Positions 1 to 13,952 of a DNA stretch of 64,000 nt are shown here, piece by piece. Below the pieces are notes generated by a model. That model saw nothing but the letters and a program-made list of their open reading frames with translations. It was not told the origin of the DNA and did not search any database. The position numbers and the translations under genes were made by a program. The stretch comes from Octopus vulgaris (Eukaryota). The stretch is taken from NCBI GenBank assembly GCA_951406725.2, contig OX597818.1:132122001-132186000 (forward strand). Reading direction: 5' to 3'. The stretch's first letter is position 1; every line of letters starts with the position of its first letter.

Positions 1-170
1 CCAAACAAGAAAACACAGAAAAAAACACAGCAACGCGAGGACGTGGAACAATTAAAGTATTATTTGACGCTCAGGAAAGAAGGGAAGGAGGGTTTAACGT
101 TTCGAGCGGAGCTCTTCGTCGGAAACAAGGAGAAGGAAAGATCCCAAGAAGGGAAGACAGAGGAAAAAAA
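1..170 (-). mobile_element. Penelope-like element terminal (pLTR-like) fragment, cut by window edge
   Basis: Contains a minimal hammerhead motif of the type known from Penelope-like element LTRs; CpG-rich relative to surroundings; related fragment at ~63595-63630. Boundaries approximate. Confidence 0.55.
92..126 (-). ncRNA. Minimal type I hammerhead ribozyme-like motif (variant core)
   Basis: Minus strand: GUUU-CCGACGA-A-GAGC-UCC-GCUC-GAA-ACGU-U-AAAC. Stem I GUUU/AAAC, stem II GAGC/GCUC, palindromic stem III ACGU; core has U4C and an extra A. Confidence 0.55.
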
Positions 171-602
171 TATTTTTGCTGGTGGTGCTCAAGAGATCAC
201 ATGTTGAAAGACATATATATATATATATATATATATAGGATTCATGTGTGTGTTTGTGCCTATGTACATGTGGGTGTGTGTGTGCATGCATGTGTGTACA
301 AGCATGATGTGAATTATACGTGCATATTTGTGGGTTGCCTCTCCAGGAGTGTAGTAACAATGAATAAGAACTGATACAGGCCAGAGGGAACTCTTCAGTC
401 CAGCTGCAAATAGTCTCTTTCGTGATAATAGTTTGACAAAATGCACCCAGTTCACCCAATATAACATATACTGCAACAAAGTTGGTTGATGTTCCCTGTA
501 GCTGTTTGTGCCATACATCACAGGCAATGATGAGCGGCAATACATTTTTATATCAATACAGTCAATGCAAACATGGACAAATAAGCACAGAATTGTGATG
601 AA

Positions 603-767
603 ATGTCTGTGTGGTAAGTAGCTTGCTCACCAACGACATGGTTCTGGGTTCAGTCCCACTGCGTGGCACCTTGGGCAAGTGTCTTCTACTATACCCTCAC
701 GCTGACCAAAGCCTTGTGAGTGGATCTGGTTGACAGAAGCTGAAAGAAGCTGATCATGTATATATAG

Positions 768-820
<53 letters not shown>

Positions 821-1025
821 TATTTGTGTGTGTTTCTGCGTTTGTTCCCCCATCATCGCTTGACAACAGATGTAGGTGTATTTACATTCCGGCAAAAGAA
901 ACTGATAGAATAAGTACTAGACTTACAAAGAATAAGTAGTCCTGGGGGTCGATTTGTTTGACTAAAGGCAGTACTCCAGCATGGCTACAGTGAAATAACT
1001 GAAACAAATAAAAGAATAAAAGAAT
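603..1025 (+). mobile_element. tRNA-derived SINE, family A (internal (TA)(TG) microsatellite, AAAAGAAT tail)
   Basis: Head tgtgtggtaagtagc...gggttcagtcccac (A/B-box-like); body shared with copies at 8712, 35640, 48740, 58345 and 61284. Confidence 0.85.
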
Positions 1026-1359
1026 ATATAGTAATAATTTATTTCACCTTCTTTCAAGCTGCGAACAAGGCCATTTGTCAGTTGTCTTTTGAAAAAGAAA
1101 ATTTAGAAATAAATTTGGTCACAACTATTTCAGTTGTTCAGTTTATATGGCAGGGTTGAAGTTAAGTAATGTTTTACTTAGATGAGGGAAATGTAGGGAG
1201 TATAAGTAGCTTTTTTTGAAGTGTGAAAGAAATGATGAAGTAGATATGGTATTGAACTATCCAATTATGTTATTGAATTCTAGTCAATTTAGGGGTTTTG
1301 TTTTGCATTTTGGTACTATTACTGTCCCTTATTCCATACGCCTTGTTAGTGGCACTCCA

Positions 1360-1670
1360 TCAATTACAACGACAAGTGTTCTAGTTGATGCAATCACCAG
1401 AAAAGCCTGCTCATCAAATTTATGTGCAAGTAGCTAAGCACTTTACAGTCGTGCTATACCTTTCACATAGTTCTCAGGGAGATTCAATGTGACACAGAAG
1501 ATGATAAGGCTGGCTGTTTTGATTACTTGTGCAACTCATTTTTGTCAGCTGAGTGGACTGGGGCAATGTGAAATAAAGTGTATTTGCTCAAGGAAAAGAC
1601 ATGCTGCAGAGAATCAAAATCACAACCTTACAGGCATGAGCCAAATATCTTAACTACTAAGCCATGTACC
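1360..1670 (-). mobile_element. Degraded SINE combining the family C middle with the family D tail
   Basis: gagtggactggggcaatgtgaaataaagtg..ttgctcaagga is the reverse complement of the family C middle (6575-6630); gcctgctcat..ttctcagggagattca..gtgacacag matches the reverse complement of the 51410-51520 tail. Confidence 0.6.
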
Positions 1671-2967
1671 TTCACAATTCTATACACTAGAGTTCGCCTA
1701 TTTCTAAAAATATGTGTGCTAGGATTCTTTGAGAATTATCTACATACACTAGCATCTTATTCAGAGATAAAGGTACTTAGAGAAATAGGTATCATACCAC
1801 CATAAATGGATTTGATGGGTGTACAACACAATATACTATGATTTGTATTATTTCTTTTTGTCTGCTTAGAATTATAGAACAAGCTTTTAATATTCATGAA
1901 CTAAAAACTAATCCTTTGTGTTAAGAAGATCTTTGCAATTTTAGAGATATTACAATTTATATCAGTTCATTATATTGTTTGGTCATATGGTCTGCAATGC
2001 AAACCAAGTTATTCTCCTGCTGTTTACTTTAATAAACAGCATTTTTATATGCTACCTACTTACAATTAAATATGTTGAATGTTTGGGTTTAGGAGAATAT
2101 ACAGAAAATGTAAGTTTCAATTGCTTTCTTCAGTCCCATGACAGAATTTGAAGAAAGTGCTGTAAACTAATTTAACATATATCAATTATACAATACCCCT
2201 GCTTTTTATTGCAGTGAAGTGCACCATTAAACATTGCTTATTTACATAGGTCATTTAACTACCATCGGGCAAATGAAACAGGACATAATGCTAGATCCAG
2301 ATATGGACTGTAAAGCCTCTTGTTAGTAAACTGGTCAATTACAGTTTTCTTCACAGTATTGAATATTATGCAATTTTAGGGTAATGAGTAATAGAAATAG
2401 GACAGCATTGGATTGAATGCATTTTCCAGAATCTAAGTTAAATTCTTTTACATTTTAGTTCAAAAGTCTATGTAAATGGCTTTGCTTTACATCTATCTTG
2501 GGTTTGATAAACAAAAGTACCAGTAAAGTATTGGTATAATTTCTACGAATTTATGTTCTTGTACCAATGTTAGAAATCAATGTTGCTCAAGTACTTTATT
2601 ATCATAATGATAGGTTTTGATTATTGCTCAAGTTCATTCCTCTATTATTTTACTCTTGCAACTGAATGGGTATGAATTCTACGATAAATCTAAGAATGTT
2701 TGCCACAAATATTTAAAAGTAAAATATCAACATGAACAAAATAAAATGACAGTAGAATAGAAGATAAAGCAAAGCTTCAGGTAGGAAATAATGAATAAGA
2801 TTTTTATTCTGCTTCTGCCAAAGAAAAAGTATATCTCATTGAATTACTGTGTTTGATAAGTTGATATTGTTATCAACTATCACTATCTTCATCATTATAG
2901 TCGTTATTTTCATTAACATCATCATAAAGTGGACATTATTGTCAACACAGTAATCATTTTGTCATTA

Positions 2968-3290
2968 TTCATCATCATCATCATCATCATCGTTTAGCGT
3001 CCGTTTTCCATGCTAGCATGGGTTGGACGGGTCAACTGGGGTCTGTGAAGCTGGAAGGCTTCGTCAGGCCCAGTCAGATCTGGCAGTGTTTCTACGGCTG
3101 GATGCCCTTCCTAACGCCAACCACTCCGCGTGTGTAGTGGGTGTTTTTTACGTGCCACCTGCACAGGTGCCAGACAGAGCTGGCGAACGGCCACGAACGG
3201 ATGGTGCTTTTACGTGTCACCGGCACGGGGCCAGGCGATGCTGGCAACGGACACGAACGGATGGTGCTTTTACGTGCCACCGACATGGGG
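2968..3290 (-). mobile_element. SINE-like element, family E, with RTE-type 3' tail (catgctagcatgg...gacgctaaacgatgatg)
   Basis: Close similarity to 9312-9452 and 17162-17320; (CAT)n tail; internal direct repeat acgaacggatggtgcttttacgtg. Confidence 0.85.
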
Positions 3291-3720
3291 CATCATTAAC
3301 TGATTGTCACCATCATATAACTCTCTTTGTTTTTGCTTTTGTAGCATCAATGGATGTAGTTGGTGTGTAACACAGCATTCTACCACTTGTATTATTTTAT
3401 TGTCATTTTCTATTTAGATTCCAATGTCCCCAGATCTGAGCTAACCACATGCTTTCTTAGATTCATAGATTATATGACCATCAGAGATTTAGTAAAAATA
3501 ATAATATATACAATATATGTGTGTGTGTGCATTCCAGCTGCTAATAAGATTGAATATTACTTTAGAGTTTCTCCAACAACCAGTTCATTCATTGTGTGGA
3601 TTAAACTGTATTTTATGAAATAACTGGATGTTAAGAAGAATCCAGAATAAAAATCAATTGTATCAGTAGAAATAGATACACATGAGTGTGTACGTTTATC
3701 TTTATGTGTATAAATGTATG

Positions 3721-3767
3721 TATGTACATATATATACACACACACTCATCATCATCGTTTAGCGTCC

Positions 3768-3802
<35 letters not shown>

Positions 3803-3827
3803 GGGTGTGTGTATATATATGTACATA
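3721..3827. repeat. Inverted duplication centred on a micro-fragment of the family E 3' tail
   Basis: tatgtacatatatatacacacacactcatcatcatcg | tttagcgtc | cgatgat...gagggtgtgtgtatatatatgtacata. Confidence 0.8.
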
Positions 3828-3894
3828 TATACACTATATATATTTATATATATATATATACATATACATTGCATACACATTCACACACACACAC

Positions 3895-3943
3895 ACATTT
3901 TGGGACCCATCGTCTGGTGTCCAGACGATGGGATCCAAAATGT
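3895..3943. repeat. 23-bp-stem hairpin
   Basis: acattttgggacccatcgtctgg-tgt-ccagacgatgggatccaaaatgt, two mismatches. Confidence 0.85.
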
Positions 3944-4204
3944 TTTACATTATATAATTCTTCAAACAGTTAATCCTGGATTCATTAAAGAATTAAGTCT
4001 TGCCAATCAATAGCTTCTGGTAATTTTGTGACACATCTACTACACGTAACTATCCTTACTGAAAATCTTGTTACTGATGGCTGAAACACACATACTAGAG
4101 AAATAGCAAAAGGCCTCTAATGGTCTATGTCAATTTTTTTATTGCTTCAATTTCATAGGTATTATTGTTACTCCAATATGGAAAACTCATTGCTGCTGCT
4201 GCTG

Positions 4205-4207
<3 letters not shown>

Positions 4208-4267
<60 letters not shown>

Positions 4268-4268
4268 G

Positions 4269-4316
<48 letters not shown>

Positions 4317-4324
4317 GTTGTTGA

Positions 4325-4373
<49 letters not shown>

Positions 4374-4408
4374 GTTGTTGATACTACTACTACTACTACT
4401 ACTACTAC
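4208..4408. repeat. (TAC)n compound microsatellite
   Basis: Direct reading; explains the poly-Y and poly-L ORFs. Confidence 0.95.
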
Positions 4409-5067
4409 TGATTCCTTATATTTGAGAGAAATTCACAGATCTGTAGTGGAGGAGCAGAGTTAAGTTAATCTGAAGCCACCAGGACATGTTTGACACTTAT
4501 TCTGTTGTGTTTGAGAGGATAAGAAAAATAGATACTTGCAGGATCTTAAATCAAATAGTAAAGGAGGTCTAACCCAGACTATCTCTTCTGCCATTCCACC
4601 TCCTTATACACAAACAAAAGCATGAAAGACACAAACAAGTCAATGATGAAGTTGCTGAACTTAAAAAAGAAATAACAACCACAATACCTTCAAAACACAT
4701 TCCATAATATGTGACTTGAACAAAGACATATGGGTTAATACATAAAATATATGTATATGAAAAAAAGAGCAAAGTAAAGATATAGCAGTCCATTAGTGAA
4801 TTCATCTCACTTCATACCTAAAATAAATTTTGGCTGTACCAATGACTTTTTACACACACACACACATACACACGTGCTATATATAATGTATTCATATGTG
4901 TATGTATATATATATATATATATATATATACACAACTATGAGAGAGAATCCACTATGTGGACGCTCTTACGCTAGATATAGATCCGCAAAGGGACTCAAC
5001 CACGCTAGGCCACTGGTGTTTAAATTGATGTTATTAAATTAATATCCAATTTTTTCACCCTCTTTTT

Positions 5068-5125
<58 letters not shown>

Positions 5126-5463
5126 ATGTGTGTCTGTTTATAAATATATATGTATGCATGCATGAATATATATATATATTTATATTTACATGTTCTTATG
5201 TGTGCATGTGTGTGTGTGTGTATGCATGCAAAAATATATATATACACATATATATATACATGTTCATATATCTAATATGTATGTAGTGTATGACTGTGAG
5301 TGTATAGTTGCTAAAAGAAGCTGGATTTAAAATTTCCGTAAGCATTGAAGCACTATCTCTTCCCCTCTTTCACAGTTTTTTTTTTTTTTTTGTGTATGTG
5401 TGTTATTTATTTTGTTGTTCTTGGAGGGAGGTTATGTGTAGGCTGCAGGGAAGATGTAAAGGG

Positions 5464-5503
<40 letters not shown>

Positions 5504-6490
5504 AAGGTGATGGAGAGCAGGATTGTTTTTTGTTTTTGCATATTTTTTTTTTTTTAATATATCTAAAAAATCACAACAGATTTTGTTTTTCTCTTCATTG
5601 TTAAAATTACTTCCTGTGAAGGTGTTGCAATTTTAACTTAATCAAGGTACTTAGAAAATAAACATGAACACAAGAAGAAAAAAGAAACACTGCTGCTATT
5701 GATTTCAAGCAAATTGTTTATATACCTACTTCCATTGATCTCTCAGTATCATTTGCAATGCTCCAATGGCTCTTCAATGGTGTCGGTCAATGCTAGATCT
5801 TTATATATTTATTATAGCATTGGTTTATACCATTCCATCTACTTAAATAGGAACAAAGAGCATTAAACAATATTGATTAATATCCTACATATCTTCTACT
5901 GATTTATTATTATTATTATTATCATTGTTGTTGTTGTTGTTGTTGTTATTATTAGCAATGTAATAGTGGTGGTGGTAGTTGTGATACAAAACCAGAATTT
6001 TCTTTGTCTGATCATATGCTGTTACTTAACTTGATTTTGGAATTCATATAATTTTAGCTGCTTGCTTATTTTATCCATTTCCTGTGAACTCAAGATTTTA
6101 AAATGAAATTACACATTGTATGTCTGTATACATGTATGTGTGTTTGAGACTGTTGCATTGTATATATATGTTCAAAACATTGACATGTGAACATGAAGAT
6201 AAAAGAAATCTATTAAAATGGAAAGTTTAACTCCATTTGTTCTCAGGTATGTGCATATTAGTACTGGTATCTTTGTGTATATACACATAGTGATGAATAT
6301 AGTAGGTGTGAGAGCAATAACTGTATAAGTCAATACTTAACTAATTCAGGTTGAGTAGCACTAACCAGATGAATTATATCTAGTGTAGATAGAAGGATAA
6401 GTCTAAAGTAGGTATCATGCCAAGAAGTTTCGGCAACTAGCCACTACATGTGGATTGGTGAATATAAGTTTATACTGTTGTTACTGTTTA

Positions 6491-6828
6491 AGGTGCATGG
6501 CTCAGTGGTTAGAGCATCGAGCTTACGATCGTGAGGTTGTGAGCTCGAATCCCGGACCGGGCTGTGTGTTGTGTTCTTGAGCAAAGCACTTTATTTCACA
6601 TTGCTCCAGTTCACTCATCTGGCAAAAATGAGTTGCGACGTCACTGGTGCCAAGCTGTATCGACCTTTGTCTTTCCTTTGGATAACACTGGTGGCGTGAA
6701 GAGGGGAGGCTGGTATGCATGGACGACTGCTGGTCTTCCATAAACAACCTTGCCTGGACTTGTGTATAGGAGGGTAACTTTCTAGGTGCAATCCCATGGT
6801 CATTCATGACCGAAGGGGGTCTTTACCC
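6491..6828 (+). mobile_element. tRNA-derived SINE, family C, full length with TSD
   Basis: A box tggctcagtggt, B-box-like gagctcgaatccc; 10-bp TSD ttactgttta at 6481-6490 and 6829-6838. Confidence 0.9.
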
Positions 6829-8451
6829 TTACTGTTTAGCTTCAAGCTATTTCTGACTGAGTAGATGCATGGTCAAAAGCTTTCTGACCTTGATCAGCTT
6901 GTTTGAATTTCAAGAATAGTGTATCCAGAACTACAATATCCAATCTGTCCTTCTTGTTTTTTTTTTTTTGGGGGGGGGTTGTATTTTAAGATGATAGTGT
7001 TCGAGCTAAGAGAGATTTGGCTAGTATTTCTAGGAAGTTAAATGGCCAGGTAAAGTCTCTCTGGATGTTTTTTAAAAAAATTTTTTATGAAGTGTCTATG
7101 TAGAGGGTACAACAAATAGTTAAAAGATTTGACACTAAAGAGTATAGTTAATTTGACTGACTTGACTTTGGTATATGACTGGCACTTACATAACTGAAAT
7201 TCTTCTATGCATACAAAGGCAAGGTTGGCTCTGCAAAAGTAGGGGACATAATTTGATACCTATTTCTTTACTGGCCACAAGGGGCTACACACAGAGGGGA
7301 CAAAATTTGATACCACTGAACATTTTACCATTTCAAATTACAATGTTTTCTGTAGGCCCTTCTTGTATGCTTCCTTCCCCCAGATTGAGACGTGGTTCAT
7401 TGGCTTGTAGTTCTGAGCTCATTTCTTCCAGCAAAGAAAGATTGTTTTTCACCAGTATAATGCTACAAAAGTTGTGGATCTTTTGCAATATGGAAAAAGA
7501 AAGATTTAGGATTTAGCACTCTAATGATTGTGATAGAAATCTTTTCTGAATACTTTCATCATGTTGCCTTTAGTCAGATTAATTTCATTAAAAATTTGTC
7601 AACAACCTTAAACTGGTTGTTTTCAACCTTCTTACTCGTAGCATATGTAAAAATATTTTGATACACATTGTGTGTAAACTAAAATGTATTGAGAAATTAT
7701 AGCCTACTTTTTTATTATTTTTAACTGGCAAAAAACTTACAGGGGCTGAGAGTTTCATGCTTGACACTTCTCAAATTAGCTTCAGCTCTGAAAGCTTGTT
7801 TTTTATATAGTGTGAATTGCATTTCTTTCTGGAATGTTTGATTAAAAGTTAACATGTATGTGGGTTTATTGATGGTCACACGAAAATTGCTTAGGTTTTA
7901 AAATAATTTTCCCATTAAACAGAAAGTAATCTTGAGAGGAGCTTATAAATATAATAATTAAAAGTATAGAAATTATCAAGTGCTATCTTCTATATTCAAT
8001 AGATGAAGCATAATTATCAAGAATTTAAATTTAGAATTTTGGATATTTTTTACATATTATTTAAAAATATACAATACATGTAATGGACGTTAAATGATGA
8101 AGGTGATGATGATGATGATGATAGTGTTTATGTGTACCTGAGTGATGATGATGATGTGAGTGCATATATGTACATGCATGTGTGTGAATGCCATAGTACA
8201 CTGTTTGCCTTAGAACATTGCTTATACTACTATTTCAATTTTTAGCTTGTCATATTGATGTGGCATTATAAAATATAACACTGCACCCAGATTAGTATCA
8301 GAAAATAGTATTATAAATTTAATTGAATATTTAAACATCTTTTATGAACAGACGTTATTAATAAAACATTGTAATAATATATCTTAAGCCTCTTCTGTGT
8401 GCACAAGTGTGTGTACATACATATATAAGTATATATGTATAACTACATAAT

Positions 8452-8505
<54 letters not shown>

Positions 8506-8711
8506 TTATGTAAAATAAACAAAAATGAGCTAAGTGGAATAATCAAGAGTAGCCAATGGTACACGTATTTGAACAACATAGACAAATAATTGTAGTGCAC
8601 CTGAGCACTGTACACAATTATTATTATTATTATTTTTATTATAATGCAGTTATTAGACTCTGTTTTGTTTACACTGTGGCTAATCTTGTTCAATATATTC
8701 TGAAATACATC

Positions 8712-9085
8712 TACCAGTCATCAGGCTGTGGCCATGTTGGAGCACTGCCTTGAAGAATTTAAGTCAAACAAATCAAACTCTAGAACTTATTTTTTTTAAA
8801 GTCTAATACTTATTCTATTAGTGACTTTTGCCAAACTGCTAAGTTATGGGGAAGTAAATACACCAACACCAATTGTCAAACAGTGAGGAGGTACAAACAC
8901 AGACACAAATACACACACACACACACACACACACACAGATATGATGGGCTTCTTTCGGTTTCTCTCTATCAAACCCATTCACAAACCTTTGGAAGGCACT
9001 TACCCAAGGTGCCATGGAGGAGGACTGAACCTGGAACCATGTGGTTGGGAAGCAAACTTCCTACCACACAATCATGCCTGCAGGT
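8712..9085 (-). mobile_element. SINE family A
   Basis: Reverse complement of 603-1025 body including (CA)n and the head ttgggaagcaaacttcctaccacaca. Confidence 0.85.
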
Positions 9086-9311
9086 ATATCTATATGTGCA
9101 AACACATTCACACAGTTTTTACATATATCCTTTATTTGTTCATATTTTTTCATTGAAAATGTGTGTTTCATCATGCATATTCAAGTGGGCTTGATGTACA
9201 TATGTTGATACCAATTGTTGTTGACTCCTTAGTTAACCTTGATTAAGCAAGACTTATAATTAAAGGCTTTCCAGTCATGGCTCATTCAAAACTACATTTT
9301 ATCATGTATAT

Positions 9312-9452
9312 AGGTGTTAGGAAGGGCATCCAGCTGTAGAAACACTGCCAGATCAGACTGGGCCTGATGCAGCCTTCTGGCTTCACAGACCCCAGTTGAA
9401 CCGTCCAACCCATGCTAGCATGGAAAACGGACGCTAAATGATGATGATGATG
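9312..9452 (+). mobile_element. Family E 3' fragment
   Basis: aggaagggcatccagctgtagaaacactgccagatcagactgggcc...catgctagcatggaaaacggacgctaaatgatgatg. Confidence 0.85.
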
Positions 9453-11348
9453 ATATCTTATCATTATATATAACACTGAGGTTTGATTTAAGGAAGAATT
9501 GGTTGCTATTTTTAGCAGGTCCATGATATATACATGTGCATGCATGTAATAACTTTACAAACTCATGTGAAAAAAGTTTCTTGTCTCTATGATACCTTGA
9601 GGTATGGGTTTTGTAACTCCAGTAGCTATACACACACTTTTTGGCTATTTTTACATTTCCTAAAATTGGACCTTGAAATTTTATTTTCATTTATCTACTA
9701 TTATAAAACATCTTTTATTAAGCTAGGGCATCTCCATTTTGTTAACCCCTTTTTTCCCCTTGTGTCTGTTTTACATGTGTGTGTGTGTGTGTATGTGTGT
9801 GTGTTCATATTTCTCAGCCTTGCTTAACAAGCTTCGCCTATCTTAAGTTTCCTTTCATCTTTTAAAAATGTACTGGTTTTCCACTGAACCTGCTGTCTAA
9901 AACTTGCCATCTCTTCAATATGCCTTGTTGTAAGCTAAAAATAAATTAATAGGTTGACTATTGGATTTCTCTCTCCCTCTCTCTTTCTTTCTTTCTTTCC
10001 TTCAGTCCCACCTGCACTCCCTCTCTTTTTCTCACTCATTCTTGCTCACCTTATGTCTCTCTCCCTCTATTTCTCTTTTTCTTTCATATGATCCAAGAAC
10101 TTAATTCTTCCGTTTTAATATGCTAGTAGTATTAGGACAGGTGAAATGCTGCATTCTTTCCTTTTTTTTTTAGACATTTATTTTATTTTTTATTTTTTAA
10201 TTTTATTCTCTATGGCAATAAAGATATAGGATTATTTCATAATGCAACAATCCTAGAAATAGTTATTTTTTGGTCTTTGACAGTTTCATTCTCAGAATTT
10301 AGGATTAAGATTTTGATTTCTGAAGACAAGATCAAGCTGATTGAAAACTGTCTTTACTTTATTGTTGAATGTATAACGCACAAACAGATAATCATAAAAT
10401 TCATCAGAGATGTGCCACTTTTCTATATCAAGTCTCCCTATTCTGTTACATTCTTATTGCTTACCTAGATTATTTATAAAAATTGAGTTTGCTATGCTGG
10501 TTTTGGACTATCTTCACCTAAGTCAAGAGTTTGAATTTACTACTTGTAATTTGTTACCTTTATGGGCAGAACACATTATTCTACACTGCTTTAGTTCTCA
10601 TAATCATCAGATACAGGTAGCCACAAACTGACATCTGCTAAATAATTTGGTCTGTTTTGTTACTGAATCCAAAATTCTGTTCAAAACTACAATCTGCAAA
10701 GTATAGCAAGAGAACAACATACCATTTCATACTAAACTCAACACACATACAAAGCAGTCACCAATTTAGGCAACTATTAAACCTGTATACTACTCTTGGG
10801 TGGTACTTAATTAGTCTTTGTTATACTGTAGCCATTTTAATGCTGTGTGTGTGCATGCATATGTGTGCATGTCTGTATGTATCTGTGAATTATAGACATA
10901 TGCATTTGTTTATGAATATGGTTTGTGTATGTATTTTGTGACATTTTACTTTATCTTTTCTGCACATTTGCATTTGGAATGTATATATAAATATGTCCTT
11001 TTTACTGTTTGACTCTACGGATATGCTTATATGTATCTAAGTGCGTGTCTATGTATGAGTGTTTATATTTCTCCTGTTACTCTTCTGTGTACATGTGTGT
11101 ATCAGTGTATGTATTTGTGCATGTGCGTGAGTGTAGAAGACAGCTGTATGTGGATTTGTGGGATTAGGTTGGTGAATGTATATATATATATATATATCTT
11201 TTGTCTGCATGTGTACCTTTGTATACCTGTTTTAAATGTAATTCAAAGCTTGAAATAAAATTAATATTTGTACCAGCTGCATTATTACACTCATGTCATA
11301 TATTGTGTAAGCATTTCATAAAATGTTCATAGTGCACATGGCATAATA

Positions 11349-11422
<74 letters not shown>

Positions 11423-11655
11423 TACACACACACACACACATGAGTGTAATGTGAGTGTATGTGCATATATATATATCTGTGTGTTCATATATGAGTACGC
11501 ATGTGTGTGTGTGTGTGTGTGTGTTTGAGTCCATTTGTTGTATTATCTCTTTTCTTCCAAAAAGTCCATTTGCCTTACAAACAAAGACATTGGAACAAAG
11601 AATGGCCAGTTAGTTTTCCCATGGGCTATTTTGTATAACTCAAATAATAATAACG

Positions 11656-11699
<44 letters not shown>

Positions 11700-12315
11700 T
11701 ATAATAATAATAGCAGCAACAGCAATATTAATGAGGATGATGATGATGATGGTGGTAATAAATAAATAAATAAATCAATAGATAAATAAGTGTATCATTT
11801 TAGTGTAACTTTAAAATGCAAAATTATATCTATTAATTTCCATCCGTTCCTCTGTAAATTGCTTGATGTTTTTGAGTATATTATTAATGCAAAAATTAAA
11901 ATTATGCATATATTACAAGCAGCATTTATCTAGTTTTGTTTGTTCATGTGTGTAGAGTGTTGGTGGGGGCATGCGTATATGTATGTTCAGCCCTATCTCT
12001 TTTTCTTTCTCATATAATTTGTCTTCCCTTCTTTCTATTTCATTGCATCCCATTTATATAAAATCTTACTTAAATTTTCTTAGGACTTTAAGTGGGAAGA
12101 AAGTGGGTACGTCAGTTCATTGTTGTTCTTGTTTGAGTGAACATGTCTGGATGTTTGCATGCATGTGTGTGTTACGTGTACTTCCATCTCTTCATCATCT
12201 CTTTCTATTTTTACTGCTCCATTCTTTCTTTCATTCTCAGTTCTGTCTCTTTCATTATAATATATCTTGTTCCAGTATTGTTGAGTCGTTTGCATGGACA
12301 TTGATACTTGTGTGA

Positions 12316-12363
<48 letters not shown>

Positions 12364-13409
12364 TTCCTTCTCTTAATTTCTTTCTTTACACCCAATTTCT
12401 CGCCCACCTCTTCCCTCCTTATGTTTATATATATTGTTTCAATGCTGTTGTTGTTGTTCAAGTTTACTCATTTGTATGCACCACAGTAAAAATCAACTCC
12501 ATTGATGACATAGATTAAGGAATCACAATGAATCACAGTTCCACATATTGTTTCATTCCTTCTATATGCTTAATTCAAGTATGGTAGGATTGCATATATA
12601 TAATATAGTGACTTAAATATCCATCAATGAACTGTAATTATTCATAAAATTAGTTGACAAAAATTCTTTCTAAGGATATTTTAAATCTAAAAATAACAAG
12701 CAAGGGAGATAACTCTAGTAAGACTGGCTAATTGAAATTTTTGCTAAGTATGGGCAATGTGTATGGAGTGGATCTTGTCTCTAAAGCTAACCAGTAAAAG
12801 CATTTCAATCTTATTAGATCTCCACAGGGAAGCATAATGTTCACAGTTTGTGAGATTAAGGCAGATATATATGTAAAGAAATGGCAGAGTGTAGTGATGC
12901 TGATATTTAGTAGTTTTCTATTAATGCCTAGATGTATCCATACACTCATTCATTTAATTTAACTATCTACTATATTTTTATATTCTTCCTCTGATTGGTC
13001 TTTTGGTTTCTTTTCATGTTTGTTTCTATCTTACATGTATTTGTTGAATATTATTGTTCCCTTAATTCATTACCTTTTGGCCAGGCTATTTGTTTGTTCC
13101 ATTTGAAAAATTTCTATTTTGTCTATAGCTTTTATTTTTACAACCACCTCCACAATCATCATGCTCATTGTCATCTTACATTATTTGTTTATGAAAAGGT
13201 TTGCTTCTCCTCGAGGATAAACTTTCCATTTCTTTGTAAACATTCAGATTTCATATCTTCATTTATTATTCTATTCATTGTAAACTATTAAACACAGTAC
13301 ACACACACACACACACACACAAACACACAGTATTTATATATGTTTGTATATGTGTATGTATATATGTTTATATATAGAAATGTACTTATGTGTATATTTA
13401 TGTATTAGT

Positions 13410-13503
<94 letters not shown>

Positions 13504-13878
13504 AGTAGTAGTAGTTGTGAATATGAGAGGGAAAGTTACCTTTAATTAAATTTGATTTGTTATGTAAAATATCACTGCCCACTTATGTCAGTATGGTTGT
13601 ATAATTGTACTTAGTGATTTGACAGGGAAATCATATTGATTTTATAATCTACCTATTTGTGTTAAGATCACACAGGCCTGCCTTGCAGTTATAGTACAGT
13701 AGTTGTATTTCAAGGCAACATACAAGATATAAGGCAGCAATTAACTGCCTAAATGTCTCACTAAACAGTACATCTTGTCATAATCAGCTGCCAGTTAATG
13801 CAAGCAGGCATGGAATATTGTGTTTTATTATCATTATTGTTGTTGTCATTAAAATGACTTGTGTGTAGTAGTAGTAGT

Positions 13879-13910
<32 letters not shown>

Positions 13911-13911
13911 C

Positions 13912-13952
<41 letters not shown>

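Noticed and set aside
189-545. 118-aa and 148-aa minus-strand ORFs
   Set aside because: No recognisable domain; run into microsatellite.
3190-3285. Repeat-spacer-repeat pattern resembling CRISPR
   Set aside because: Only two to three units inside a eukaryotic SINE; no cas genes.
4045-4100. ctga...ctgatgg-ctgaaacac hammerhead-like words
   Set aside because: Core incomplete and no consistent stems.
6491-6560. tRNA-like sequences here and at 51188 and 54416
   Set aside because: SINE heads with bodies and TSDs, not intact cloverleaf tRNA genes.
7330-7550. Coding-like composition on the minus strand
   Set aside because: Stops interrupt the plausible frame and no family could be assigned.
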